From the NCBI GenBank assembly GCA_017936765.1, contig JAGBEX010000033.1, positions 13,040 to 77,039 of the forward strand: DNA of 64,000 nucleotides, written 5' to 3'. The notes beneath the pieces are model-generated. The model was not told where the DNA came from, did no database searches, and worked only from the letters and a program-made list of their open reading frames with translations. A program made the translations under genes and the position numbers. This stretch comes from Clostridia bacterium. GTDB lineage: Bacteria; Bacillota; Clostridia; Christensenellales; Aristaeellaceae. Of the stretch, positions 44,674 to 53,818 are shown in pieces. How positions within the stretch are numbered: the first letter of the stretch is position 1; the number at the start of each line of letters is the position of its first letter.

Positions 44674-45915
44674 ATGAAAAAGAGGATTCTGCTGGCTCTT
44701 TCCCTGGTGCTGGCGCTGTGCCTGTGCAGCAGCTGCGCCTATCTGCCCTTTGCGGGGCTGACGGATATGCTGGGCATGGTTTCGCCTGCGGAAGTGGCTG
44801 ATCATGGCGACACGGTGACCATTCCCAAGGAGCTGTATGAGAAGTATCAGCAGTTTGACAAGCTGATCGAGATCCAGGAAATTGCTGAAATGTACTTCTT
44901 TGAGGAAGTGGATCCCGAGGCCATGCTGGATGGCGCGGCGCTGGGTCTGCTGTCCGGGCTGAATGATCCCTACACCTTCTACTATTCGCCCGAGGATTAT
45001 GCGACCCTGTGGGAGGATGACAAGGGCGAGTATGCCGGTGTGGGTATGCAGATCTCCGGCAACTATGCCACGGGCATCTGCACCATCAGCCGTGTGTTCG
45101 ACAATGGCCCTGCCAAGGAAGCCGGTGTGCATAAGGGCGACATTCTCTACAAGGTGGAAGACCTGTATGTGGATGCCTACAACCTGCAGGATGCGGTGGA
45201 CATCATGCGCGGCACCCCTGGCACGGACGTGAATGTGACCTTCCTGCGCAATGGCGAGGAGATCAGCTTTGTGCTGACCCGTGCGCAGATCACGGTGAAC
45301 CAGGTGGATGCCATGATGCTGGATGAAGGCATTGGCTACATTGCTCTGTATGAGTTTGCAGGCGACTGCGCCACCAAGTTTGAAACGGCGCTGAATAGCG
45401 TAGTGCAGCAGGGAGCCAAGGGCGTGATCATCGATCTGCGCGATAATCCCGGCGGCTGGGTGAACGATGCGGAGACCATTGGCGATATGTTCCTGGACAA
45501 GGGGACGCTGTGCTACCTGGAATACAAGGACGGCACCCGCGAGTATTACCGCACCAAGGATGGCAAGGTGGACGTGGAGCTGGTGATCCTGGTGAACGAA
45601 AATAGCGCTTCTTCTTCCGAGATCCTCTCCGGCGCGCTGAAGGATCGCGCAGGTGCCACCATCGTGGGCGTGCAGAGCTATGGCAAGGGCGTGGTGCAGA
45701 GCGTGCTGCCCATCGGCACGGATGGCTCCGGTATGCAGGTGACCATTGGCCAGTATTATACCCCCAACGGCAACAAGATGCACAAGATCGGCCTCACGCC
45801 GGATGTGGAGATCGAGCTGCCGGAGGGCGACAACGGTATGTATGAGTTCGGCGACCTGAGTGATCCCCAGCTGAAAAAGGCACTGGAGGTCATGCAGGAA
45901 AAGCTGGCGAAGTGA
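44674..45915 (+). CDS. S41 family C-terminal processing peptidase (CtpA-like)
   Basis: Signal/lipobox-like N-terminus, a PDZ segment (GVGMQI...GPAKEAGVHKGDIL), DLRDNPGG and NENSASSSEI...YGKG. Confidence 0.9.
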   Translation: MKKRILLALSLVLALCLCSSCAYLPFAGLTDMLGMVSPAEVADHGDTVTIPKELYEKYQQFDKLIEIQEIAEMYFFEEVDPEAMLDGAALGLLSGLNDPYTFYYSPEDYATLWEDDKGEYAGVGMQISGNYATGICTISRVFDNGPAKEAGVHKGDILYKVEDLYVDAYNLQDAVDIMRGTPGTDVNVTFLRNGEEISFVLTRAQITVNQVDAMMLDEGIGYIALYEFAGDCATKFETALNSVVQQGAKGVIIDLRDNPGGWVNDAETIGDMFLDKGTLCYLEYKDGTREYYRTKDGKVDVELVILVNENSASSSEILSGALKDRAGATIVGVQSYGKGVVQSVLPIGTDGSGMQVTIGQYYTPNGNKMHKIGLTPDVEIELPEGDNGMYEFGDLSDPQLKKALEVMQEKLAK

Positions 45916-45920
45916 TTTTG

Positions 45921-45955
45921 TTCGGAGGCGGAGAGATGCGTCTCCGAATTTTTTT
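45921..45955 (+). terminator. Rho-independent terminator after the S41 peptidase gene
   Basis: ttcggagg...tctccgaa followed by ttttttt. Confidence 0.75.
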
Positions 45956-45976
45956 GTCAGAAAAATGTCAAAAGGC

Positions 45977-46180
45977 TTTTCAAATGGGATAAAGCTGGGT
46001 ATAATAATAGTAGCCGGAAGGCCAAACCTTAGCGGAAACGTGCGGGGGAGGCGCGGCGGATCAACTCCTGATTGACTGTCCGGGTGCGCCCTGACGGGAG
46101 ATGGGAAAGGGGGAAATGGATATGTTGCTTTCATCAGGCGATTCGTAGGCGTGTTTGCGCTGGATTGCCTGATTTTTTTC
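45977..46180 (+). promoter_or_regulatory. Promoter plus structured leader with intrinsic terminator (unclassified riboswitch or attenuator candidate)
   Basis: TTTTCA(45977)-17-TATAAT(46000-46005). Hairpins lie at about 46014-46035 and 46078-46095. The terminator is atcaggc(46133-46139)...gcctgat(46167-46173) plus T7. An upstream cctgat (46067-46072) can pair with atcagg as an antiterminator. A 10-codon sORF, MDMLLSSGDS (46116-46148), overlaps the terminator's left arm. Confidence 0.45.
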
Positions 46181-46197
46181 GTAAGGAGGATGGAGCT

Positions 46198-46464
46198 ATG
46201 AGCGACATTCGACTGGGTTTTGTGGGCGTGGTGATTGAAGAGCGATCCCGCGCCGAGGATGTGAACCGCATTCTTTCCCAATTTGGGGAGATCATCCGCG
46301 GGCGCATCGGTATTCCCGATCAGGAAACTGGCCTGGCGGTCATGGGACTGATCGTGGAGGGAACCAACGACCAGGTGGGCGCCATGACCGGCAGGCTGGG
46401 GAACCTCTCCGGCGTAACGGTGAAGAGTGCGCTCACCGCCAAGAAAAACAGAAAGGACGATTGA
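46198..46464 (+). CDS. Small ACT/NikR-C-terminal-like protein (TM1266-like family by recollection)
   Basis: An 88-aa protein, MSDIRLGFVGVVIEERSRAEDVNRILSQFGEIIRGRIGIPDQETGLAVMGLIVEGTNDQVGAMTGRLGNLSGVTVKSAL. SD AAGGAGG lies 8 nt before ATG 46198. The listed 130-aa ORF runs through the leader terminator. Confidence 0.55.
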   Translation: MSDIRLGFVGVVIEERSRAEDVNRILSQFGEIIRGRIGIPDQETGLAVMGLIVEGTNDQVGAMTGRLGNLSGVTVKSALTAKKNRKDD

Positions 46465-46469
46465 TTTTT

Positions 46470-47426
46470 ATGAAGAAGTTTGCTGCTATTTTGTTGACCC
46501 TGTGCCTGGTGCTGAGCCTGACCAGCTTTGCGGTGGCGGAGGAAGCTATCAATGTGTATGCCCTGAAGGGCCCCACCGGTATCGGCCTGGTGAAGGTGAT
46601 GAACGACAACGACGGCACCTACAACATCACCCTGGCTGGCGCCCCTGACGAGGTGACCGCTGCGGTGATCAATGGCGATGCCAACATCGCTGCTGTGCCC
46701 ACCAACCTGGCTGCCACCCTCTACAACAAGACCCAGGGCAAGGTGCAGCTGGTGGCGCTGAACACGCTGGGTGTGCTGCACATCGTGACCAGCGACCCGA
46801 CCATTCAGAGCCTGAGCGACCTGGAAGGCAAGACCCTGTGGGCCACCGGCCAGGGTTCCACCCCTGAATATGTGCTGAACTACATCCTGGAAGCCAATGG
46901 CCTTGCCGACAAGGTGGAGGTGCAGTATCTGGCTGAACACGCCGAGCTGGCCACCCAGGCTGCCTCCGGCATGGTGGACGTGGCGCTGCTGCCCGAACCC
47001 CATGTGACCAGCGTGCTGAACCAGAACAAGGATTTCCGCATTGCCCTGGACGTGACCGAGCTGTTCAACCAGGCTGCCGCTGGCAAGGGCGAGAACGCCG
47101 TGCTGAGCATGGGCTGCGTGATCGTGAACAAGGAATGGGCGGAGAACAATGCCGACAAGCTGGCTGCCTTCATGGATGCCTATGCTGCCAGCGTTGAGTT
47201 TGTGAACACCAATGTGGACGAGGCCAGCCAGATGGTGGAAGCCCAGGGCATCATCCCCAAGGCTGCCGTGGCCAAGAAGGCCATTCCCAACTGCCACATC
47301 GTGTTCGTGACCGGGGAAGAGATGAAGACGCAGATCGCGCCCTTCTTCCAGGTGCTGTACAATGCCAACCCCAAGTCCGTGGGCGGCGCGCTGCCGGTGG
47401 AGGACTTCTACTACATCGCTAAGTAA
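46470..47426 (+). CDS. ABC transporter substrate-binding protein (NMT1/SsuA-like, NitT/TauT class)
   Basis: Signal peptide MKKFAAILLTLCLVLSLTSFAVA with a class II SBP layout. A NitT/TauT-type permease and an ATPase follow. Confidence 0.75.
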   Translation: MKKFAAILLTLCLVLSLTSFAVAEEAINVYALKGPTGIGLVKVMNDNDGTYNITLAGAPDEVTAAVINGDANIAAVPTNLAATLYNKTQGKVQLVALNTLGVLHIVTSDPTIQSLSDLEGKTLWATGQGSTPEYVLNYILEANGLADKVEVQYLAEHAELATQAASGMVDVALLPEPHVTSVLNQNKDFRIALDVTELFNQAAAGKGENAVLSMGCVIVNKEWAENNADKLAAFMDAYAASVEFVNTNVDEASQMVEAQGIIPKAAVAKKAIPNCHIVFVTGEEMKTQIAPFFQVLYNANPKSVGGALPVEDFYYIAK

Positions 47427-47433
47427 GAGGCTT

Positions 47434-48189
47434 ATGAAAGCAAAGGTCAAAAGGGCGCTTCGCAAAGCGTTCCCGGTGGTTTTCTGGCTGCTGGTATGGG
47501 CAGCCTGCTACCGCGCGGTGGGTCAGGACTTGCTCCTGGCCTCACCGCTGCAGGTGGCGCGGCGCTTCACGTTTGTGGCGGAAGCGTCCTTTTGGCGCTG
47601 CGTGGGCATGTCCCTGTGGCGCACGGCGGCGGCCTATATGCTGGGCGTGGTCATCGCCTGCGTGCTGGCGGTTTGCTGCCACGCCTCCAAGCTGCTGGAC
47701 GAGGTCATCAGCCCGGCACTGTTGGTGGTGCGGGCGACCCCGGTGGCGTCCTTCATCATTCTGGCGCTGGTGTGGCTGTCCTCGGCCAATGTGCCCATCC
47801 TGGCGGGTGTGCTGATGGTGGTGCCCGTGGTGTTTGCCAACGTGCGGGAGGGGATTGCCTCTACCGACAAGCAGCTACTGGAGATGGCCAAGCTGTTCGG
47901 CTGGAGCCGCTGGAAGACCTGGCGGCGCGTGGTGATCCCCACGGTGCTGCCCACCTTTGTGGCGGCGTGCCAGGCCTGCGTGGGTCTGTGCTTCAAGGCT
48001 ACCATTGCTGCCGAGGTCATTGGCGTGCCGAAGAATGCCATCGGTACCCAGCTGTACAATGCCAAGATCTACCTGGAGTCCGATGCGCTGTTGGCCTGGA
48101 CGCTGGTGGTGATCGTGCTGAGCATGGTGATCGAACGGCTGCTGAAGGCTGCATTTGAAAGGGGGCTGCGCCGTGTGCATCACGCTTGA
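47434..48189 (+). CDS. ABC transporter permease (NitT/TauT family)
   Basis: EAA-loop-like region (KQLLEMAKLFGWSRWKTWRRVVIPTVLP) and six TM segments. ATG 47434 follows AAGAGG. Confidence 0.85.
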   Translation: MKAKVKRALRKAFPVVFWLLVWAACYRAVGQDLLLASPLQVARRFTFVAEASFWRCVGMSLWRTAAAYMLGVVIACVLAVCCHASKLLDEVISPALLVVRATPVASFIILALVWLSSANVPILAGVLMVVPVVFANVREGIASTDKQLLEMAKLFGWSRWKTWRRVVIPTVLPTFVAACQACVGLCFKATIAAEVIGVPKNAIGTQLYNAKIYLESDALLAWTLVVIVLSMVIERLLKAAFERGLRRVHHA

Positions 48190-48754
48190 CAAGGTGAGCC
48201 GCGCCTTTGATGGGCGGCAGGTGCTGCAAAACGTGAGCATGGAGCTGCCTAAGCGGGGCGCGGTGTGCTTCTTTGGCCCCTCCGGCTGCGGAAAGACCAC
48301 CCTGCTGCGGCTGATCTGCGGCCTGGACAAGCCGGACAGCGGCAAGGTGAACATCCCCCAGGGAACACGGTTCTCCTGCCACTTTCAGGAGGATCGGCTG
48401 CTGCCCTGGTACACCGCGGAAGAAAACCTGCGCCTGGTGGGCGAGGACATCGACGTCCAGGCCTGGCTGGACAAGGTGCTGCTGCCGGAGGCGGGGAAGC
48501 TTTATCCCAACGAGCTTTCCGGCGGAATGCGGCGGCGGGTGTCCCTGGCGCGGGCGCTGGCTCATGACAGCGACGTGCTGGTGCTGGACGAACCCGTGCG
48601 CGAGCTGGACGAGGCCACCGCCGAGAAGATGCTGGAGCTGATCGCCCGGAGCGTGGGGGACAGGCTGCTCATTCTGGTGACCCACGACCGAACCCAGGCG
48701 GAAAAGCTGGGGTGCAGGGTGGTGGAGTTTCCGCTGGGAGGGGAAGCGCAATGA
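48173..48754 (+). CDS. ABC transporter ATP-binding protein (short, ~193 aa)
   Basis: GPSGCGKTT, LSGGMRRR and VLVLDEP motifs. GTG 48173 lies 7 nt after AAAGGGGG and overlaps the permease end. Confidence 0.85.
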   Translation: MCITLDKVSRAFDGRQVLQNVSMELPKRGAVCFFGPSGCGKTTLLRLICGLDKPDSGKVNIPQGTRFSCHFQEDRLLPWYTAEENLRLVGEDIDVQAWLDKVLLPEAGKLYPNELSGGMRRRVSLARALAHDSDVLVLDEPVRELDEATAEKMLELIARSVGDRLLILVTHDRTQAEKLGCRVVEFPLGGEAQ

Positions 48755-49245
48755 TTTCCTTACGCCTGATGGAAGACACCATGGAGGACTATCGGGCGCT
48801 GCAGAGCTGGTTCCACGAGCCGGAATTGCAGGAGTTCGTGTGGTGCGACGAGAAGGGCGAGCCGCCGGTGAGCCTGGAGCGCATCATTGAAAAATACGGC
48901 CAGCGGGTGAAGCACCCCAAGGACGTGTTTCCCTATTTCATTCTGCTGAATGGGAAGGCCATTGGGTTCATCCAGTATTACATTCAGGATGCGACTACCA
49001 TTGGGCTGGATATGTGGATTGGCCGGGTGGAAGACCGGAGCCGCGGCTATGGCAGCGAAGGCCTGCGACAGATGGTGGAGATCATCCACCACAAGCATCC
49101 GCAGGTGAAAACGCTGTTCATCGACCCAGAGGTGGAGAACAAGCGCGCCATCCGCTGCTATGCAAAGGCTGGATTTGTGCCGGAGGGCGAGTTACTCGGC
49201 GAAGAAGGCGCCCCCTGTCTGATGATGAAGATTTGCTTTGAATAA
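48751..49245 (+). CDS. GNAT N-acetyltransferase, AAC(6')-like subfamily
   Basis: The layout resembles the AAC(6')-Ie N-terminal domain (recalled): LRLMEDTMEDYRALQSWFHEPELQEF..., MWIGRVEDRSRGYGSE and DPEVENKRAIRCYAKAGF. ATG overlaps the ATPase stop (ATGA). Confidence 0.7.
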   Translation: MISLRLMEDTMEDYRALQSWFHEPELQEFVWCDEKGEPPVSLERIIEKYGQRVKHPKDVFPYFILLNGKAIGFIQYYIQDATTIGLDMWIGRVEDRSRGYGSEGLRQMVEIIHHKHPQVKTLFIDPEVENKRAIRCYAKAGFVPEGELLGEEGAPCLMMKICFE

Positions 49246-49250
49246 AGTGA

Positions 49251-49278
49251 AACCCCGCAGAGCTGTCTGCGGGGCTTT
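49251..49278. terminator. Bidirectional hairpin between the GNAT and AI-2E genes
   Basis: ccccgcag-agctgt-ctgcgggg with flanking A/T runs. Confidence 0.65.
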
Positions 49279-49280
49279 GT

Positions 49281-50417
49281 TTATTCGCTGGTCAGGGGTG
49301 CGTTCTCTTTGCCAACGTGTTCCTTCAGGATGCGGTAGAGGGTGGTGGTCAGCGGTACGCCGATGAGCATACCGGTGATGCCCAACAGGCCGCCGCCGAT
49401 GGTGATGGCCGCCAGCACCCAGATGCCCGGCAGGCCCAGGGAGGAACCGGCCACGCGGGGGTAGATCACATTGCCCTCGATCTGCTGGAGGACCACCAGG
49501 AAGATGAGGAAGATCAGCGCCTTGGCGGGGTCAACAGAGAAGAGCATGATGGCGCCGATGCCGCCGCCGATGTAGGCACCCGCAATGGGGATCAGCGCGG
49601 TAACGCCGATGAGGCAGCCGATCATCAGGGCATAGTCCAGGCGCAGGATCATCATGCCGATGGCGCACAGGGCGCCCAGGATCAGCGCCTCGGTGACCTG
49701 GCAGACGATGTAGCTGTGGAAGCTCTCGTTCAGCACGTGCAGCACATAGCGGGCGCGGCGGTCGGTGCGCTGGGGCAGGAAGTGCGCCATCAGCTTGCCC
49801 ATCTGGGCGGCCAGGCGCTCCTTGCCGGTGAGCAGGTGCAGCGCAAACACCACGCCCAGGAACAGGGTCACCACGCTGGAGACCACCGTGGAGGCGGCGG
49901 ACACGGCCACGCTCATCACGCTGCCAGCGCCATAGAGGATCGCATTCAGGCCCTTGGTGAGGGTCTCCTGCAGGTTGCCCTGGTTGCTCTCCAGTTCGCC
50001 AATGACCTGGCTGTAAAGGCCGGAGATGTTCAGGGTGTCCTCCGCCCAGCGGGCAGCGGCGCGCAGGGCATTGGGTATGGCGCTGATCAGCACGGTGATG
50101 CATTGATACAACTCAGGCACGATCATACGCACGATGAGGAAGATCACCAGCAGCATGGTGACGATGGCCAGCAGGATGCACAGCGGGCGCAGCCACTTGG
50201 CGGGCTTTTTCAGCCGGAAGAGCTTGCTGAGATTCCGCTCGAAGAAGCTCATGAGGATGTTGACGATAAAGGCCAGCACCGCGCCGAACACCAGGGGCGA
50301 GGCGGCGGCGAAGATCAGGCCGATGACGCCCACGGCATTGTCCCAGTAGTGGATGACGAGATACAAAAGCAGCGCGGCCACGCCGATCTCGAAGAGGGTC
50401 TTGCGGTTCAGTTTCAT
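49281..50417 (-). CDS. AI-2E family transporter (PerM/UPF0118)
   Basis: A 378-aa polytopic protein. The C-terminal ...VVLQQIEGNVIYPRVAGSSLGLPGIWVL block is typical of the family. Confidence 0.85.
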   Translation of the reverse strand: MKLNRKTLFEIGVAALLLYLVIHYWDNAVGVIGLIFAAASPLVFGAVLAFIVNILMSFFERNLSKLFRLKKPAKWLRPLCILLAIVTMLLVIFLIVRMIVPELYQCITVLISAIPNALRAAARWAEDTLNISGLYSQVIGELESNQGNLQETLTKGLNAILYGAGSVMSVAVSAASTVVSSVVTLFLGVVFALHLLTGKERLAAQMGKLMAHFLPQRTDRRARYVLHVLNESFHSYIVCQVTEALILGALCAIGMMILRLDYALMIGCLIGVTALIPIAGAYIGGGIGAIMLFSVDPAKALIFLIFLVVLQQIEGNVIYPRVAGSSLGLPGIWVLAAITIGGGLLGITGMLIGVPLTTTLYRILKEHVGKENAPLTSE

Positions 50418-50447
50418 GGCGTTCCTTCCTTTGCAGGTGATGGGTAC

Positions 50448-50954
50448 TTACACCGGAATGCGGACATAGTGTTCCTCGCTGTCGGAATGGTGGATGTAGC
50501 CGCCATTGCGCAGCATGGTCTTCAGGGAGCCTTCGTTGCTAAGGTGGCAGGAGAGGTAGACCTCGCTGTCCTGGAACTCGGGCAGGGATTTCAATAGCTC
50601 GATGGTCAGGCGCAGGCCCTCGGCAGCATAGCCCTTGCGGCGGTGGGCAGGGTGGATGCCATAGCCCACGTGGCCGGAGCCGTTGCGGAGGAAATCGTTC
50701 AGCACCGGGCGCAGCTTGAACTGGCCAACGATCTCGTCATCGTTCCAGAGGAAGTAATAGGTATCCGGCACATGGCCGGGAGCCAGCTCCTCGCCACGGC
50801 TGGCGGCCAAGCGGCGGGGGATGGACACGGTGCAGAATTCCTCGTAGGAAATGCCGTGATAGGGGTTCATGAAGCCGTTCTCGGAGGGCATTTGCTGCAA
50901 GAAGTCGTATTCCTTCCGGGCATCGGCGGGGTTGAGTGCCTTGAGGTACAGCAT
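50448..50954 (-). CDS. GNAT family N-acetyltransferase
   Basis: GYGIHPAHRRKGYAAEGL acetyl-CoA-binding block. SD AGGAGG lies 7 nt before ATG 50954 (Met9 of the listed ORF). Confidence 0.8.
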   Translation of the reverse strand: MLYLKALNPADARKEYDFLQQMPSENGFMNPYHGISYEEFCTVSIPRRLAASRGEELAPGHVPDTYYFLWNDDEIVGQFKLRPVLNDFLRNGSGHVGYGIHPAHRRKGYAAEGLRLTIELLKSLPEFQDSEVYLSCHLSNEGSLKTMLRNGGYIHHSDSEEHYVRIPV

Positions 50955-51120
50955 GGGAAAGCCTCCTGTCAATGACATAGCATATTATACCATGATGAAG
51001 CCGAAATGAACAGCGAAGCGGGACATTTCTCATCAAAGTTTCATGAAGGTGCCGGGTTGCGGGCGGGTGGGGAATATGGTAAACTGTGCATACAGGAACA
51101 GAAGAAAAGGGGAATGACCC

Positions 51121-53763
51121 ATGACGAAAATCGACCTGAGCGGACTGTGGCAGGCGGCGCTGGATGAAAGCAAAAGCGACGCGCAGCCTGCGGTTTATGC
51201 GGATAGCATCATGCTGCCCGGCACCACCTCCCTGGCGGGGTTGGGCAAGGTGAACGAGGAATGCCCGGAGGGGTATCTCACCGATGAACACAAGTTTGAG
51301 GGCTATGCCTGGTTCAGGCGCAGCTTTCAGGTGCCGGAAAAGAAGCTGCTGGCTCTTTTGACCCTGGAGCGCACCCGGCAGACTACTGTGTGGCTGGATG
51401 GGGCGTGCCTGGGCAGCGAGAACAGCCTGTGCGGAAAGCATCAGTACCTGTTTGAATGCCCTGAGGCTGGCCAGCACGAGATGGTGATCCGGGTGAGCAA
51501 TGTGGACTATCCCACCCGGGGCGGTCACATGACCTCCCAGGACACGCAGACCAACTGGAACGGCATCACCGGAGAAATGAGCCTGACGCTGGCTGACGTG
51601 CTGCTGCTGAACGTGACCGCCATTCCCGGCGAGGATCTGCTAAGCCTGCGGGTCACCGCCGACGTGACCGGCCTGCGGGATGGCACGGCCACCGTGGAGG
51701 TGGAGGGCTATCATACCATGGAGGTGCCGGTGAAGGATGGGTGCATCGATGCGGTGTACACCTTTGCCCAGCAGCCGCCCCTGTGGGATGAGTTCCATCC
51801 CAATCTGCTGACGCTGCGGGTGAAGGTAGCCGAAGCCGAAGCCGAGCTGACCGTGGGTATGCGCCGCATGACCACCGATGGCCGTAAGCTGCTGGTGAAC
51901 GGCAGGCAGGTGTTCCTGCGGGGAACCCACGATGGGCTGGTGTTCCCGCTGACTGGCCATGCACCCACGGATGTGGACAGCTGGCTGAAGGTGATGCGCA
52001 CCGCCAAGGAATACGGCATCAATCACTATCGCTTCCACACCTGCTGCCCGCCGGAGGCTGCCTTTGCCGCGGCGGATCAGCTGGGCATATACATGGAGCC
52101 GGAGCTGCCCTTCTGGGGTACGGTGGCCGCGCCAGGGGAAGAGGGCTTCAATGGGGAGGAGCAGGCCTATCTGGTGCAGGAGGGCTTTAACATCCTGCGC
52201 TGCTTTGGGCATCACCCCTCCTTTGTGATGATGAGCCTGGGCAACGAATTGTGGGGCAGCCAGCAGCGGCTGAACGATATGCTGCGGGGCTACAAGGCGG
52301 TTCGCCGGGACAAGCTGTACACCTCCGGCTCCAACAACTATCAGTTTGTGCCGCAGGTGCTGGAGGAGGAAGAATTCTTCTGCGGTGTGCGGCTGAGCCG
52401 GGAGCGGCTGTTCCGCGGCTCCTATGCCATGTGCGATGCGCCCCAGGGTCATGTGCAGCTCACCGAGCCGGAATCCGTCCACAACTATGATGAGATCATT
52501 GCTCCCGGCGTGGTGCAGGAAAGCAAACAGGCGGCGGGCAAGACGCTGATCCAGTATGGCACCGGCGTGAAAGAGGTGGAGGCGCAGGCGGCTGACGTGC
52601 TGCTGCCCCAGGTGCCGGTGATCTCCCATGAGGTGGGTCAGTATACCTTCTACCCGGATTTCAACGAGATCGAAAAGTACACAGGCCCGGTGAAGCCGAG
52701 AAACTTCCAGGCCTTTGCCAAACGCTTGCAGGAGAAGAGCTTATATGACAAGCACAAGGCCTATTTCCACGCGGCGGGCAAGCTGGCGGTGGAGTGCTAC
52801 CGCCGGGAGATCGAGACCGCGCTGCGGTCAAAGGAGCTGAGCGGCTTCCAGCTGCTGGATTTGCAGGATTTCCCCGGCCAGGGCACGGCGCTGGTGGGCG
52901 TGCTGAACGCTTTTATGGAGAGCAAGGGGCTGATCACCCCGGAGGAGTGGCGGTGCTTCTGCGCGCCCTGCGTGGTGCTGGGCTGCATGGAGCGCTTTGT
53001 GCTGGCGGATGGGGATGAGCTTGCCCTGCGGGTGCTGGTCTCCGAGACTGACCCAGAGCGCAGCCACAGCCGCGTGAAGGTCACGCTGCTGGAAGGTGAT
53101 GCTGTGCTGCAAAGCAGGGAAGTGCCTGTGCCTGCCGCCGATGGCCGACTGACGGACTGCGGCATGGTGTTTTTTGGCACGGTGGAGGCGGCGCAGCCCC
53201 GCAAGCTGAGCATTCGCCTGGAGCTGGAGGATGGCACCTGGAACAGCTACCCGGTGTGGATGTTCCCCAAGGGCATGGCGAAGATCAGCAGCGAGGGCAT
53301 CGAGGCCAATGGCAGGAAGGTGCGCTTTGTTGCCACGGCAGCGGAGGCACGGCCGGGGGACATCGTGATCCCCGATGGCGAGGGCAAGCGTCCGGCGGAA
53401 TATTGCACGGACTTCTGGTGTTATCCCATGTTCCGCTCCATTTCCGAGTCCATGGGCAGGCCGGTGCCGGTGGGTACCATGGGCTTGTGCATCGATAAGG
53501 GACACCAGGCCTTGCAGGGCTTCCCGGCGGAGGAATACACCACGCCACCCTGGTATCGGCTGCTGCGCCACGCCCATTGCGAGGTGCTGGATGCACCCGC
53601 GGAGATGGCGGTGGAGATGATCGACAATGTGGAGCGCTGCGAGCGCATGGGCATCCTGTATGTGAAGGATGGGGTGCTGCATTGCACCATCCGGCTGTGG
53701 GAGATCACCGACGAGCCGGAGGCACAATGCCTGGCGGCGGCGCTGGCGAACTGGAACAAATAA
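51121..53763 (+). CDS. Glycoside hydrolase family 2-like protein (880 aa)
   Basis: Sugar-binding N-domain, then TIM-barrel block YGINHYRFHTCCPPEAAFAAADQLGIYMEPE and MSLGNELWG (the acid/base NE motif). Confidence 0.75.
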   Translation: MTKIDLSGLWQAALDESKSDAQPAVYADSIMLPGTTSLAGLGKVNEECPEGYLTDEHKFEGYAWFRRSFQVPEKKLLALLTLERTRQTTVWLDGACLGSENSLCGKHQYLFECPEAGQHEMVIRVSNVDYPTRGGHMTSQDTQTNWNGITGEMSLTLADVLLLNVTAIPGEDLLSLRVTADVTGLRDGTATVEVEGYHTMEVPVKDGCIDAVYTFAQQPPLWDEFHPNLLTLRVKVAEAEAELTVGMRRMTTDGRKLLVNGRQVFLRGTHDGLVFPLTGHAPTDVDSWLKVMRTAKEYGINHYRFHTCCPPEAAFAAADQLGIYMEPELPFWGTVAAPGEEGFNGEEQAYLVQEGFNILRCFGHHPSFVMMSLGNELWGSQQRLNDMLRGYKAVRRDKLYTSGSNNYQFVPQVLEEEEFFCGVRLSRERLFRGSYAMCDAPQGHVQLTEPESVHNYDEIIAPGVVQESKQAAGKTLIQYGTGVKEVEAQAADVLLPQVPVISHEVGQYTFYPDFNEIEKYTGPVKPRNFQAFAKRLQEKSLYDKHKAYFHAAGKLAVECYRREIETALRSKELSGFQLLDLQDFPGQGTALVGVLNAFMESKGLITPEEWRCFCAPCVVLGCMERFVLADGDELALRVLVSETDPERSHSRVKVTLLEGDAVLQSREVPVPAADGRLTDCGMVFFGTVEAAQPRKLSIRLELEDGTWNSYPVWMFPKGMAKISSEGIEANGRKVRFVATAAEARPGDIVIPDGEGKRPAEYCTDFWCYPMFRSISESMGRPVPVGTMGLCIDKGHQALQGFPAEEYTTPPWYRLLRHAHCEVLDAPAEMAVEMIDNVERCERMGILYVKDGVLHCTIRLWEITDEPEAQCLAAALANWNK

Positions 53764-53804
53764 AAAAAGAGGGCAGGCTCCGGAAGTGGGGAGCCTGCCT
53801 TTTC
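53762..53804. terminator. Bidirectional terminator between the GH2 and trkH genes
   Basis: aaaaaaa-gag-ggcaggctcc-ggaagtgg-ggagcctgcc-tttt. Confidence 0.75.
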
Positions 53805-53818
53805 ATGTGGTGTGAACA

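Noticed and set aside
46072-46197. N-terminal extension of the ACT-like gene (listed 130-aa ORF starting at TTG 46072)
   Set aside because: The extension would be translated through the leader hairpins and the intrinsic terminator. A perfect SD (AAGGAGG) sits 8 nt before ATG 46198.
41890-46281. 1463-aa ORF on the minus strand spanning four genes and an intergenic repeat
   Set aside because: It is antisense to the MsmK-like, PucR-like, S41 and ACT-like genes, which all happen to lie in plus frame 1 (starts 41908, 43603, 44674 and 46198 are all 1 mod 3). It runs through terminators, promoters and repeat copy C. Its composition is the G/A/H/L/V/Q-rich pattern typical of the antisense frame of GC3-rich genes. 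The sense-strand genes have clear motifs and SD sequences.
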